A program made the position numbers and the translations under genes. This document shows, piece by piece, positions 51,083 to 64,000 of a DNA stretch of 64,000 nt. Under the pieces are notes generated by a model, which was not told the origin of the DNA, ran no database searches, and saw nothing but the letters and a program-made list of their open reading frames with translations. This DNA comes from Mobula hypostoma (Eukaryota): assembly GCF_963921235.1 (NCBI RefSeq), contig NC_086097.1, positions 197,410,001-197,474,000 of the forward strand. Direction: 5' to 3'. The stretch's first letter is position 1. Each line of letters begins with the position of its first letter.

Positions 51083-51320
51083 ACAAATGCACTCTTCTTG
51101 GGCTTCCAGCCGGGTGCAGTAAGTGATCATGAAGACTATCCAATCAGGAGGGACAGACGACAGGGGTATAAATATCACCAGACTAGACATACCCAGGCAT
51201 CTTCCCTGATGAAGGTGGCAGAGTTTGTCATCGAAATGTTGGTTAAAATTGATACCTGTACCTGGCTGGAAGCCCAGAAAGAGTTTATTTGTGACATATG
51301 CCAGGAAAGCAGTAGATCCT
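51083..51320 (+). mobile_element. Second Penelope-like family terminal remnant with hammerhead motif and short 5' inversion
   Basis: CC-CTGATGA-AGGTGGCAGAGTTTGTCATC-GAAA-TGTT-GG at 51204-51242; inverted repeat CTCTTCTTGGGCTTCCAGCCGGGTGCAG / CTGTACCTGGCTGGAAGCCCAGAAAGAG. Confidence 0.7.
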
Positions 51321-52912
51321 TTTTCAAAATATTATATTGTTTTAAAAAATGCAGAAAATGGATAAATGAGTAATTTTCAGGTTGACAAGTGACAATGGGG
51401 GAAGAGAAGGTGATGCTTTAGACTTCAGAGAAATGTTCAAAATTTTAAAAGCGTCTCTGTATCCAAGATCAAAACAGCTGGAAATGTGCACCAGGACATT
51501 TTTTACAATTTATTTTAGTTGTCTGCAATCTCTTAGGAGAATTCCAGTGACAAAAAGTGTAATTGTACCATATTTGGGGAAGCAAATGCAAAGTATTACA
51601 TTTTCCTGTCTGCTCTCCAGTTTGTGTTGACTAGTTGGGCCCCAGAAATCAGATGCCAAAACAGTGAAATCAAAGTCAAGTTTATTGTCTTATGCCAAAT
51701 TTATCTATGCACAGGTATAATGAAAGACTTACTGCAGCAGCATCATGGGCACAAAGAATCAATAAGATACATTCACAAGGGAAACATAAACCTAAATTAT
51801 ATGATTTTTTTTTACAAGAAAAGACAATTAGGACAAAAAATATGAATGCAATTTTAGTGTAAAGTGGTCATTGTGTTGCTAAGCTGTAGTGATTGGGACT
51901 TTTAACATTTGGTTCAAAAACTGAATATCAAGAAAATGAAAACATTTAGTGAGTAAGGTGCCATGTGAAATTTAGCAAATAAATGCATTACGTTAACAAC
52001 ATTGGCATGAAAATTTAGTGATAGAAGAATACTTTGCTGATAGTTTCAGGAAATAATAGGCCTACATTCTTAGCTTTTAAGTATATTCATTATTAGATAT
52101 ACATTGCTACTTTCTGTAAATATCCCAGCTGTGATCAGGATCTTGCGTGATGACAAGCAACTGATGTGCTATTAATACAATAATTGTTTTCAGCTGGTAT
52201 CTTCAGACTAATAGCTCAATATATGAAGAGTGAAATATTGCGGCAGTGATAAATTTAGAGTTTGCTTTTGGCATGCTGTGGGTGTTCTGTATATACAAGT
52301 CAACATAATTTGTCATAGAGCTGAGATGCATTGAGACATATTATGCCCACCCTAAAAATTATATTCCAACTAAAAACCAAACAAAATATTTCTATCTTGA
52401 CAGCCACATCTTTAAATACACGGGTTTTGCTCATATTTTCCCCAGGGAATTGCATCAATTTATGCTAGAATTGATAATCTGTTTGTTATATTTAGTTAAT
52501 AAAATTGAGAGTCTGGCAAACCAATTTGAAAGTGAAAGGAAATTTACTGGTTGAGAATTTTGAGCTCAAAATTTGTCAGTTGTGAATTTCACTGGAATTA
52601 TTTAAGTTATGTGAATACAAATGGAATGATTAGGAAAATTACAGCTAGTGTTTACGGGCTCCAGTATATGTTTACTGCGAGGTCATTCAATGATTTGGTA
52701 CTTGGATACTGTTCAGGAAAGGCTTTGTAGAATATTACCTGAAGGTGCTGAAAAATTTGAACAGGTTGGGCTTGAATCCAGTGGATTTCAACTGTAATGA
52801 ACTAGAGGAGAGGTGTGTTTGGGAAGTGTTTACTGGAGTGAAGAAATCAAGGTGTTCGATGAAATGAAAAGATAGAAGGTAAAAGGGCAGAAAGAATGTC
52901 CATGAGGAAGGT

Positions 52913-55020
52913 TTAAAGTTTAAAATAAATTTATTATCAAAGTACATTCCATATATGTCACTATATACGACACTGAGATTCATTTTCTTGTGGGCATACA
53001 CAGTGAATTGAAGAAACACAATGAAATCAATGATAGATTGCATCCAACAGGGTGGGCAAACAACATATATGCAAAAGACGAACTGTGTAAATACAAAAGA
53101 AAAAATATATTAAAAGCATGAGATGAAGGGTCATTGAAAGTGAGTCTATAGATTGTGGGAACAGTTCAGTGTTGGGGCAAGTGAAGTTATCCCCTCTGAT
53201 GGTTGAGGGGTAATAACTGTTAATGAACCTGGTGGTGTGGGTCCTGAGGCTCCTGCACCGCCTTTCTGATGGCAACAGTAAGATGAGAGCATAGCCTGGA
53301 TGGTGAAATTCCTTGCTAATGTTTGCCACTTTCCTGTGACAGCACTCCTTGGAGAACTGTTCAGTGGTGGGGAGGGCTTTACCTGTGATGGACTGGACTG
53401 TATCTACTTTTTCCATTCAAGGGCATTGGTGTTTCCATACCAGGCCATGTTGCAACCTGTCAATATGCTCTCCAGCACGCATCTTCAGAAGTTCGTTGAA
53501 GTTTTAGATGTCATGCTGAATCTTAGCAAACTTTGAAAGAAGTAGAGGCGCTTCTGTGCTTTCTTCGTAATTGCACTTATGCATTGGGTCCAGGACAGAT
53601 CCTCTGAAATGATAACACTGTGAAATTAAAAGTTACTGACCTTCTTCACCTCTGATCCTTTGCTGAGAACTGACTGATGGAACTCCAGTTTCCTCCGCTC
53701 CCTGACGTCAGTAATCAGCTCCTTGGTCTTGCTGACATTGAGTGAAGAGTTGTTGTTGTGGCACCACTCATCCAGATTTTCAATCTCTCTCCTATATACT
53801 GATTTGTCACCACCTCTGATTTGGACAACGACACTGGTGTCATCAGCAAACTCAAATATGGCATTGGAGTTGTGCTTAACCTCACGGTCATAGGTATAAA
53901 ATGAGTAGAGCCGGGAGTGAAGCACAGAGCCTTGAGGTGCACCTGTGCTGATAGAGATTATGGAAGAGATGTTTTTGCTACTCTGAATTGACCCTGGTCT
54001 GCAAGTGAGGAAGTGAGGATCCAATTGCACAAGAAAGTAATGAGGCCAATGTCTTGAAGCTTGTTGATTAGTTTTGAGGGGATGATAGTATTAAATGCCG
54101 AGCTGCAGGTGATGAAGAGCATCCTGATGTGTGCATTTTTGCTATCCGTATGTTCCAGGGTTGAGAGAAGAGCCAATAAAATGACAACTGCCGTGGACCA
54201 ATTGTGATGGCAGGCAAATTGGAGCAGATCCATGTTGTCTCTCAGGGAGGGGTTAATATGTTTCATTGCCAACCTCTCAAAACACTTCATTACAGTGGAT
54301 GTAAGTGCTACTGGATGAAAGTCATTGTGGCAGGTTACCACATTCTTCTTGGGCACTGGTATAACTAAAACCTGCTTGAAGCAGGTGGGTACCTCAGAAT
54401 GCCGAAGTAAGAGGTTAAAGACATTGTGAAGCACTCCAGCCAACTGATCAGCACAGATCTTTACTACTTGGCCAGGTATCCCATCTGGACCAGTTGCTTT
54501 CCATGGGTTCACCCTCCTTGAAGGATGCTGTCACGTTGGCCATAGAGACTGAAATCATACTGTCATCAGTGGCTTTTGGAGTTCGTGAAGGATCATCCAT
54601 GTTTTTACAGTCAAAATGAGTATGGAAGGCATAGAGCTCGTCTGGGAACAACTTTGTAAAAGGTAATAGTATTCAAGTCCTGCCACAGCTGTTCAGTGAT
54701 TCAGGTTTGGTCAGGAATTGCCACTTTGCACGTGAAATGGTTTTCTGGCGATTGTACCTGGACCTCTCGTATCTCAGTCACCAGACCCGAAGGTCACTGA
54801 TCTGGCCCTCAATAGATTGTAGATCTCATGGTCATCCAGGGCTTCTGGCTGGGAAAGACTCTGAATGATCTTGTGGGGACACACTCATCTATAACTATAT
54901 TTATGAAGTCCATGACAACTGCTGTGTATTCGTTCAGATCTTCTGAGTATTTGAAGGTGGCCTAGTTCACTGACTCAAAGCAATCCCATTGCCGCTCCTC
55001 TGCCTCCTGCAACCACCTCT
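52913..55020 (-). mobile_element. Rex1/Babar LINE, ~2.1 kb, decayed
   Basis: KATGPDGIPG...PVALTSTVMKCFERL, TGAPQGSVL and FADDT motifs, with 3' UTR. Confidence 0.92.
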
Positions 55021-55489
55021 TTGGAGTACTTTTAAAGACATTCCTTTAAAATAGCATGATAAGATTATGTGTTGATGAAAAATAGTGTTAACTTGCACTT
55101 AATTATATGTCCAGAATTAAATTAACCTGTGGGCCCTTTCCAGTTAGGTTGTTTCAAAGGTCTACTGGAAAATTGTTTCTGGAGTTCCATTTGAAAATAA
55201 ATGAAGTGCCAGATTTGTAAGCCACCTGATTCTGTTTCACTCCTGTGCCAACAGAAGCTTAAAATAGATTTGCTGTTGTTCAAAATAAAGACCAAACACA
55301 TTATTTTATATAGCCTCAGCTTAGAGCTCAGACTGCCATGTTAAGTTTGATGTAGGTTCAGTCACTGAAAACTCAAAATACAGCTTGATTTTATATATTT
55401 GCTGAAGTGTGATAGACATTTAAAGTCATGCATTTTAATACTTAATGCTAGTCTTTATTAAACCAAAACAAATGTTTGCTTGTTCTGTA

Positions 55490-58400
55490 TGGATCAGGGA
55501 TGGGAGGGGAATGGTTTAAACTAGAGTTGCAGAGGTATGGGAACCAGAGCGCCTGAGCAGATAGTGGAGTGCTTGTGGGGAAAGATGTTAAGGCTACATA
55601 CAAAGTTAGGAATTGAAAGATTTAGCGTGGTGGGACTAATGTTCTGAGTTGTGTATATTATAATGCAAGAATTATTGTAGGAAAGCTAAATGAGCTTAGG
55701 GCATGGATCAACAAATGGAATTATGATATTATAGCCTTTAATGAGACTTTGTTGCAGGAGGGGCAGGACTGGGAGCTCCAGGGTTCCATTGCTTTAGACG
55801 TGATAGAGCGGGCGTGATTTAGGGAGAGGGATGGCATTACCAGTTAGGTAAAATGTCATGGCAGTGCTCAAGCAGGGCAGAGTGGAGAGCTTGTCTATTT
55901 GAGGCTATAAGGGTGGAACTGAGGAACAAGAAAGGGACAACCACGTTATTAGGATTATGTTACAGATCACCCAACGGTCCATGGGATTCAGAGAAGCAAG
56001 TTAATTGAGAGATCACAGACTATTGCAAGAAACATAAGGTTGCGATAGTAGGTGATTTTAAATTTCCTTATATTATCTGGGTCTTCCCTACTGTAAAAGA
56101 GCTGCTGGGATAAAGTTTGTCAAATGTGTTCAGGAAAATTTCTTTTATTAAAACGTGGAGGTCCCAACTAGAGAGAGTGTGATACTAGATATCCTAGAAG
56201 GGAATGAGAGGGTAGGTGACTTATGTTTGTGTAGGCAAATACTTCACACTTAGTGATCATAATGTCAGTAGTTTCAAGATAATTATGCAGAAGGATAGGT
56301 CTGGTCCTAGGGTTGAGATCCTAAATTGGAGAGAGACTAATTTTTTGACAGTATTAGAAAGGATCTGGCAAGTGTGGATTGGGATAGGTTGTTTTCTGGC
56401 AAAGGTGTACTTGGTAAGTGGGAGGCTTTCAAAAGTGAAATTTTGTTATCCTGTCAGAATAAAAGGCAAGGATAACATGTGTAGGGATCCTTGGTTTTTG
56501 GGAGAGATTGATACCCTGGTTAAGAAAATTGAGGTACATTGCAGGTATAGGCAGAAAGGAGCACTTGAGTATAGGAAATGCAAGGGAACACTTAAATAAG
56601 GAAATCAAGAGGGCTTTAGAGAAAACTGAAGGAGAACTCCAGGAGCTTCTACAGTTATATTAAGAGTAAATGAATAGCAGGGACAAAATTGGTCCTCCGG
56701 TAGATCAGAGTTGTCATCTATGTATGCAGCTGAAAGAGATGGGGGAGATCTTAAAAGGATTTTTTGCATCTGTATTTACACTGGAGACAGACACAGATCC
56801 TATAGAAGTGAGGCAAAGCAGCAGTGAGATCATGGACCGATTATAGAGGAAGTTCAGGAAAATTTAGGATGGATAAATCCCCAGGGCCTGACAAAGTGTT
56901 GCCTTGAATCTGGTGGGAGGCTATTGCAGAAATTGTAGGGGCTCTAGCAGAGACACTTAAAACAGTCTTCAGCCATGGGTGAGTTGCTGGAGGATTGGAG
57001 AGTAGCTAATGTTGTTCAGTTATTCAAGAAAGGCTCCAAGAATAAGCCAGGAGATTATAGACTGGTGTGCCTAACACCAGTAGTGTGTAAGTTATTGGAA
57101 GGTATTCTGTGGGACTGGGTATATAGGTATTTGGGTAGAAAGGGACTGATTGGGGATCGTCAACATAGCTTTAGGTGCATGGTATGTTGTGTTTAACAAA
57201 TCTTATAGTTTTTTTAAGGAGGTTACCAGGAAAGTTGATGAAGGCAAGGCAGTGGATGTTGTCTGCATAGACTTTAGCAAAGTCTTTGATAAGGTTCCAC
57301 ATGGGAGGTTGGTCAAGAAGGTTCAGTTGCTTGGCATTCAGGATGAGGTAGTAAATTGGATGAGACATTGACTTTGTGGGAGAAGTCAGAGAATGGGAAT
57401 AGATGGTTGTCCCTCTGACTGAAGGCTTGTGACTCATGGTGTGCCACAAGATTGGTGTTGGGTCCATTGTCGTCCATCATCTGTATCAACTATCTGAATG
57501 ATTATATGGTTAACTGGATCAGCAGATTTGTTGATGACAGCAAGATTGGGAGTGTAGTGGACAGTAAGGAAGACAATCAAAGCTTGCAGTGGGATAAGGA
57601 CCAGTTAGAAAAATGGGTTGAAAAATTGCATATGGAGTTTAATTTAGACATGTATGAGGTGCTGCATTTTGGTAGGACAAACAAGCGTAAGACTTATAAG
57701 ATGAGTGATAGGACTCTAAGGAGTGTGGTAGAATGGAGAGATCTGGGAATACAGATCCATACTATCTTGAAAGTGGTGTCACAGGTAATTAGCATTGTAA
57801 AGAAAGGCTTTTGGCACGTTGGCTTTCATAAGTCAAAGTATGGAATACAGGAGTTGGATTGTTATGTTGAAGTTGTATAAGATGTTGTTGAGTGGCGTTG
57901 AGTCATCTTCGACTCATGGCGACCCTATGAATAGTGTAGTCATAGGATTTTCGAGGCAAGATATGGAAGCAGATTGCTAGGCCTGCCTTCCGCACAGATA
58001 CTGCTGCTGCCTAGGTTGGGACCCGACTGGATTCAAGCTCAGGTCTATCTGCTTTGAAGTCCAGTGCTGATGTCATTACACCAGCCCAAAAGATATTAGT
58101 TAGGCCTAACTTCGAGTATTGTGTGCAGTTTTGGTGACTGACCTACAGGAAAGATGTCAATAAGACTGAAAGTGTGCAAAGAACATCTATGGGGATTTTG
58201 CAACACAAGGTTGAAACATTTGAGTGAGAGGGAAAGGTTGAATAGATTGGGACTTTATTCTCCAGAGTGTATGAAGGGAGATTTCATAGAGGGGTGTAAA
58301 ATTACAAGGGGTAAAGATAGAGTAAGTGCATGCAGGCTCTTCTCTGAGGTTTGTTGAGATTAGAACTAGAGATCATGGTTTAAGGGGAACTTGAGAGGGA

Positions 58401-58617
58401 ACATTCAGAAGGTGGTGAGAGTGTTGAATGAGCTGCCATTGGAATTGGTGGATGTGGATTCAGTTTTAACTAGGTACATGGATGGGAAGAGTGTAGAGGG
58501 CTATATAGTCTGGGTGCAGGTTGATGGAGTAGGCAGATTAATAGTCTGGCAGAGGCTGGAGGGGGGGTGTTGAAGGGCCTCTTTCTGTGCTGCAGTGTTG
58601 CATGACTCTATAACTCT
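55490..58617 (+). mobile_element. CR1 LINE ORF2, nearly complete, decayed
   Basis: EN, DWRVANVVQLFKKG, DFSKVFDKVPH and FVDDSKIG motifs; tail ATGACTCTATAACTCTA. Confidence 0.92.
57883..58087 (-). mobile_element. tRNA-headed SINE with an RTE-type 3' tail, inserted in CR1
   Basis: Minus-strand head GGGCTGGTGTAATG...GAGCTTGAATCC; tail CATAGGGTCGCCATGAGTCGAAGATGACTCAACGCCACTCAACAACA. Confidence 0.7.
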
Positions 58618-59542
58618 AAAGATTTCCAGAAGGCCATATTTGGTTATAACAGACAATTGAGAAAGTGATCAGAATGTTACCCTTTATTGCTGAGTGAAGT
58701 GAATACAAAAATTGTAATCTTATGTTTCACTCATTCAAACAGTTCCCCAGGTTCCATGAGGGTTCAGTTCTTCAGAGCTGACCATAAGTAAATTTTTTTA
58801 TTTTTAAAGTTAGAAACAAAGATTTTCCTATAGCTATCCATATTGTATCATTCTACCTACATTTAATATTCTTTTGTTTCATCAAATATTCATCCTAATG
58901 CTATCTATAATTAAACTAATGGAATATGTACTGTATCTGCTATTAGTGAATACCATAAACTTATTAATAGCTTGAAAAGGTCTTTAAAAATTTGTGGAAA
59001 ATTTATATTAAGTCAGATTTTCAGAAGCCAGGTTTTGTTTAACCTGGAGATCTCTTGTATGGATCATTGACAAGAGCACATCTGAATACAGTGTATGGAT
59101 TCAGTCTTGCTTAAGGAACAATGTTAATACATTGGGGATAATTTGGAGATTGCTGTCTCCAAGTACACAAGGAATGGTTGAGTTCTCTGATGAAGAAATA
59201 GTGGACTGACAAGGCTTACATCCATTGTACTGCTGAGGAGTGAAAAGAAACTTGATTGAAACAAATTACATCCTGAAGCGTTTTGACACGTGGCAGAGAG
59301 AAAATAATTCCTTTTGTGGGAGAATCTAGAACTAGAACTGCCGTTTAAAAATGAGTCAACCATTTAATGAAGAGGCTTCTCTCAGAGGGTCATAGCTATT
59401 TATAGTTCAAAGTGTTGAGTGGTGGAAGCAGTTTTTAAATACTTTTAAGACAGAAATAGACAAAATTTTAAATGTAAAAAAAGGAACGCCAGATTATCAT
59501 ACATAGACAGGATTGTGGATTTGAGGTAATAATCAGACCAGC

Positions 59543-60570
59543 CATCATCATTGTAGGTTGTCACACCTGACAGCCAGCCGCTCTAATGTTGTTTGGTTGA
59601 TGTTGAGCAGGTCAGTGTCAGCTAAATCAGATGAGAGTGGACAGTTGCACAGAACATGTTCAATGTTCTGCATCCTTTCGCCACACTCACAGGATTCGCT
59701 GGTCTTTAACTCCACTTCACCATATTGTCTCCCGTCCTACAAACTCCTGCTTTCTCTCTGTTGAGAGTGCACCACTTCCATCTGTCAAGCAGTGCCCAGT
59801 CTGGTAACATTTCTGTGGGGTCTTGCGTTATATTGTTTGGTGGGGTTCTGGCTTCTGTTTGTTGCCAGAGGTCAATCCTGTTTGTTTGGGGGGGATGTTC
59901 CGTGTGGTAGTTCCTCTACCGTAGCAAAGTTTTTCCTTGATTTTAGGCGGTTGGAAAGTGGCACATGATGATGTAGTGCATGCCGTGGATCTGAGTTCTG
60001 TTTACCTTTTTCAATTTTTGTTGTAGTGTGTCTTCAGATCTCTGGGGGAGCAATGCCTGCAAGTTTGTAAATGATGTTAGTGGGTGTGGGGCACAGTGTA
60101 CCTGTGATTATTCGGCAGCCTTCATTAAGTAACGGGTCTATTTTCTTCGCATGGGCTGATCTACTCCTCACAGGTGCACAGTATTCTGCAGGTGCATAGC
60201 AGTTGATCTAAGTGTGTGAGCATTAGCTCCCCATTTCATGCCTGCTAATTTGCGAGAGCCAACTTTCCCTTGGAGTTTTTGGATGTGTTTGGCAAATGAG
60301 AGCGTCCTATCCAGTGTCACACCCAGGTAAATTAGAGTCGGATGGTGTTTGAACTCCTTCCCACACCAGAAGATCTTGAGTTTCTGAGCTGCTTCTTGAT
60401 TCCTCCGGTGGAATGCACACACGAGTTTTTGATGGATTTGGGTTCAGAGACCATTTTTCATAATACTGCTTCATTGCTTTGAGGACTGCTGTAAGTCGTA
60501 CCTCAGCTTCTTGGAAGGAGTTAGCTTGTGTTGCTATGTAAGTTGTCTGCACAGGTAAACCAGCCATGAT
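59543..60570 (-). mobile_element. Vingi/Ingi-like LINE 3' fragment
   Basis: WSLNPNPSKT, YLGVTLDRTLSFAKHI and KLAGMKWGANAHTLRSTA; terminal CECGERMQNIEHVL; short (ATG)n tail. Confidence 0.75.
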
Positions 60571-61696
60571 CTCATTAGATAGTGGAACAGGTTTGAGAAG
60601 CCAAGTGATCTACTCCTACTTAATAAATAGAGTATATTCGCATGTATCTTAGTGCTCTTTCAATAATGTCAGTCTTGAACAGGATCCATTGCAATGCACA
60701 TACATAATTAAGAATGCCTGCATAAACCCCTTTTTTTAAAAAAACTGTAAATTTGAATTCTTGAGCACCGCTGGTTTGCCTTGTTAAGCTGGAAGTCTTG
60801 TTCACATCTGCTCCAGTGATAGATGAATGGGAAAGACAGCATGAGCTCAATCTGAAATATTCTGCCTTGTTTGGTGCAAGTTTAGAGTTGACCAAGTTTC
60901 TTCACAGTCTAAAAAGTAGTCGTTTGGTCCATCTTGCCTGAGGGTAGCAATACAATTGCTTCCTCCTGTTACATCAAGAATGGTTATCAAGAATACCTTT
61001 ATGAACCAGTGAAAGCACACGAATTTATTATTAGTCATTGTAAGGTCATAAGTGCATAGTTGGTAAACTGCTTTTTTTTTTGCTTTAAACAGGTTGTTGT
61101 GAGAAACCAAGCTTTCATCTGTAATAATATCAACATTTGATGTGGAAGGAATATTCAAGTCAGCTGTATCCAATCTGTCATTTCATGAATAAGGTTATTA
61201 TGTATGTTTGCCAATGCATTTCCCAGTATCTATAAATTCAAAGTATATTTATTATCAAAGTACATATATGTCACCACATACATCCCTGAGATTCATTTTC
61301 TCGCAAACATTCACAATAAATACAGGAAACACAGTAGAATCGAAGAAAGACTGCCCCCAGCCTGTGTTTGATCCTGACCACAGACGGTAACTGTGCAGAA
61401 CTTGTATGTTTTCTTTCCCTTGTGTGCTCTGGTTTCCTCCTACATCCCAATGATGTGCTGATAGCAGTGGTAATTTACCTCTAGTGTAAGTGAATAGGAG
61501 GGAATTGGTGTCAGCGGGGAAGATAATTATTAGATATTGTGGTAAGGATTTGAAGGATATTTTTGAGAGCACGTGAAGACTCAATGGGCCTAATGGTGTC
61601 CTACCATATTTAACAAAATGTAAATAGAGTTAGAGATTCTTTACTTTATAAGTATAGAATTGCATATGTCAGCAATTAAAGTTGAAACCATGATGT

Positions 61697-62241
61697 CATA
61701 GAAGCATAGAAAATAGGTGCAGGAGTAGGCTATTTGGCCCTTCGAGTCTGCACCGCCATTCAGAATGATCGTGGCTGATCATCCAACTCAGAACCCTGTA
61801 CCAGCCTTCCCTCCATACCCCCTGATCCCTTTAGCCACAAGGGCCATATCTAACTCCCTCTTAAATATAGCCAATGAACTGGCCTCAACTGTTTCTTGTG
61901 GCAGATAATTCCACAGATTCACCACTCTCTGTGTGAAGAAGTTTTTCCTAATCTTGGTCCTAAAAGGCTTCCCCTTTATCCTCAAACTGTGACTCCTCGT
62001 TCTGGACTTCCCCAACATCGGGAACAATCTTCCTGCATCTAGCCTGTCCAATCCCTTTAGGATTTTATACGTTTCAATAAGATCCCCCCTCAATCTTCTA
62101 AATTCCAACGAGTATACGCCTAGTTGATCCAGTCTTTCATCATATGAACGTCCTGCCATCCCAGGAATCAATCTGGTGAACCTTCTTTGTACTCCTTCTA
62201 TGGCAAGAATGTCTTTCCTCAGATTAGGGGACCAAAACTGT
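61697..62241 (-). mobile_element. Young CR1 3' fragment
   Basis: QFWSPNLRKDILAIEGVQRRFTRLIPG...NFFTQRVVNLWN is open; tail TTCTATGCTTCTATG. Confidence 0.92.
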
Positions 62242-62299
62242 AATATTGCAAAGATCATCCCATTATCAAAAGGCTGCAATGAATCAGTCTGGAACAGTC

Positions 62300-63310
62300 C
62301 ATAAAGGAGAGAACAGCTTGCCCAGGTGGATTGAAGGAGGTTACTGGCGGGTGTGATGGCAGAGCATAGACGGCTGGTTTCTGAGAATAGTTTATATGGT
62401 GCAGGATAGATATGTCCCTTAGAAGTTGTTCTCAAATGGCAGAGGTAGGCAACTGTGGCTGACAAGGCAAGTTAAGGACTGCATAAGGGCCATGGAAAGG
62501 GTATATAAGGCAGCAAAAGTGAGTGGGAAGTTGAGTGGTTGGGAAGCTTTTAAAATCCAACAAAAGGAACTAAAAAGCCATAAGGGAAAAGATGAAATAT
62601 GAGGGCAAACTAGCCAAAAGTTTTTTCAGTTTTATAAAGAATTAAACGGGAGTGAGAGTTGATATTGGACTTCTGGAAAATGATGCTGGTGAGGTAGTAA
62701 TGGGGGACAAAGAAATAGCAGATGCACTTAATGGGTACTTTGCATCAGTCTTCACTATGGAAGACACTAGCAGTGTGCCAGAGGTGCATGAGTCTCAGGG
62801 AGCAGGAGTGAGTACCATTGTTATTACAAAGGAAAAAGTGCTAGGCAAATTGAAAGGTCTTAAGGTGGTTAAGTCACCTGGACCAGATGGACTACATCCC
62901 AGAGTCCTGAGAGAGGTTGCCGAAGAGATAATGAATGCATTGGTCATGATCTTTCAAAAATCGCTTGATTCTGGCATGGTCTCGGAGGAGTGGAAGATTG
63001 CAAATGTCACTCCATTCTATAAGGAGGGAGGAAGGCAAAAGAAAGGAAAATTTTGGCCAGTTAGCCTAATCTCAGTGGTTGGGAAAGTGTCGGAGTCCAT
63101 TATTAAAGATGAGGTTTAGGGGTGCTTGGAGACTAATGACAAAATAAGTCAATATCAGTATGGTTTCTGTAAATGGAAATCGTGCCTGACAAATCTGTTA
63201 GTTCTTTGAGGAGGGAGGACAAAGGAGAGGTAGTGGATGTCATTTACTTAGATTTTCAGAAGACATTTGATAAGGTGCCCTACATGAGGCTGCTTAACAA
63301 GATAAAATCC
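62300..63310 (+). mobile_element. CR1 ORF2 middle fragment
   Basis: KSPGPDGLHPRVLREV and YLDFQKTFDKVPY motifs. Confidence 0.9.
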
Positions 63311-64000
63311 TATAAGACCATAAGACAAAGGAGCAGAAGTCGGCCATTCGGCCCGTCGAGTCTGCTCCACCATTTTATCATGAGCTGATCCGTTCTCCCA
63401 TTTAGTCCCACTCCCCCGCCTTTGATAACCTTTGATGCCCTCACTACTCAGATACCTATTGATCTCTGCCTTAAATACACCCAATGACTTGGCCTCCACT
63501 GCTGCCCATGGTTACAAATTCCATAGATTCACCACCCTCTGACTAAAAAAAATTTCTCCGCATTTCTGTTCTGAATGGGCGCCCTTCAATCCTTAAGTTA
63601 TGCCCTCTCGTACTAGACTCCCCCATCATGGTAAACAACTTTGCCACATCCACTCTGTCCATGCCTTTCAACATTTGAAATGTTTCTATGAGGTCTCCCC
63701 TCATTCTTCTAAACTCCAAGGAATACAGTCCAAGAGTGGACAAACGTTCCTCATATGTTAACCCTCTCATTCCCGGAATCATTCCAGTGAATCTTCTCTG
63801 TACCCTCTCCAACGTCAGCACATCCTTTCTTAAATAAGGAGACCAAAACTGCCCACAGTACTCCAAGTGAGGTCTCACCAGCGCCTTATAGAGCCTCACC
63901 ATCACATCCCTGCTCCTATACTCTATTCCTCTAGAAATGAATGCCAACATTGCATTCACCTTCTTCACTACCGACGCAACCTGGAGGTTAACCTTAAGGG
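63311..64000 (-). mobile_element. CR1 3' fragment running off the window end
   Basis: ORF 63543-63968 (LVRPHLEYCGQFWSPY); tail TTGTCTTATGGTCTTAT. Confidence 0.92.

Noticed and set aside
52194..52249. Possible further exon (GIFRLIAQYMKSEILRQ*)
   Set aside because: The acceptor is plausible and phase-compatible, but there is no good donor or other evidence; too speculative to call.
60620..61173. Two minus-strand ORFs (91 and 108 aa) in unique sequence
   Set aside because: No recognisable motif or splice structure; lengths are compatible with chance.
61788..62465. 225-aa ORF with a novel N-terminus
   Set aside because: It is a chance read-through from the antisense strand of one CR1 into the 3' fragment of another, with the junction at ~62241.

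Overview
AT-rich, repeat-dense vertebrate DNA. The mix of repeats (CR1, Rex1/Babar, L1, Penelope-like elements, V-SINEs, Tc1/Tigger/hAT) suggests a cartilaginous fish, possibly a ray; this is inference only. Most of the window is decayed and often nested transposons lying in the introns of one + strand protein-coding gene that I could not name. Its best-supported small exons are 8264-8303 and 14057-14151 (GC donor). Weaker candidates start at 16062, 29796, 31284 and 49260. Well-delimited elements include a full-length dead L1 (32393-38512), a non-autonomous Tigger with a ~300-bp internal palindrome (16220-17811), a Charlie-type hAT with a perfect 8-bp target-site duplication (TSD) carrying a CR1 3' end (44138-45312), a solo LTR within a three-layer nest, a Gypsy remnant, a Vingi-like LINE and an RTE-tailed SINE. 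Two signals stand out. One is a dispersed family of short, mostly TSD-flanked Penelope-derived inserts built around a minimal hammerhead ribozyme motif, several folded back on themselves. The other is a 61-nt near-perfect hairpin that starts at a candidate 5' splice site (49370-49430). Almost all ORFs in the supplied track are transposon fragments or noise. Boundaries of decayed elements are approximate unless TSDs or terminal inverted repeats (TIRs) are quoted, and family names come from motif recognition, not database searches.
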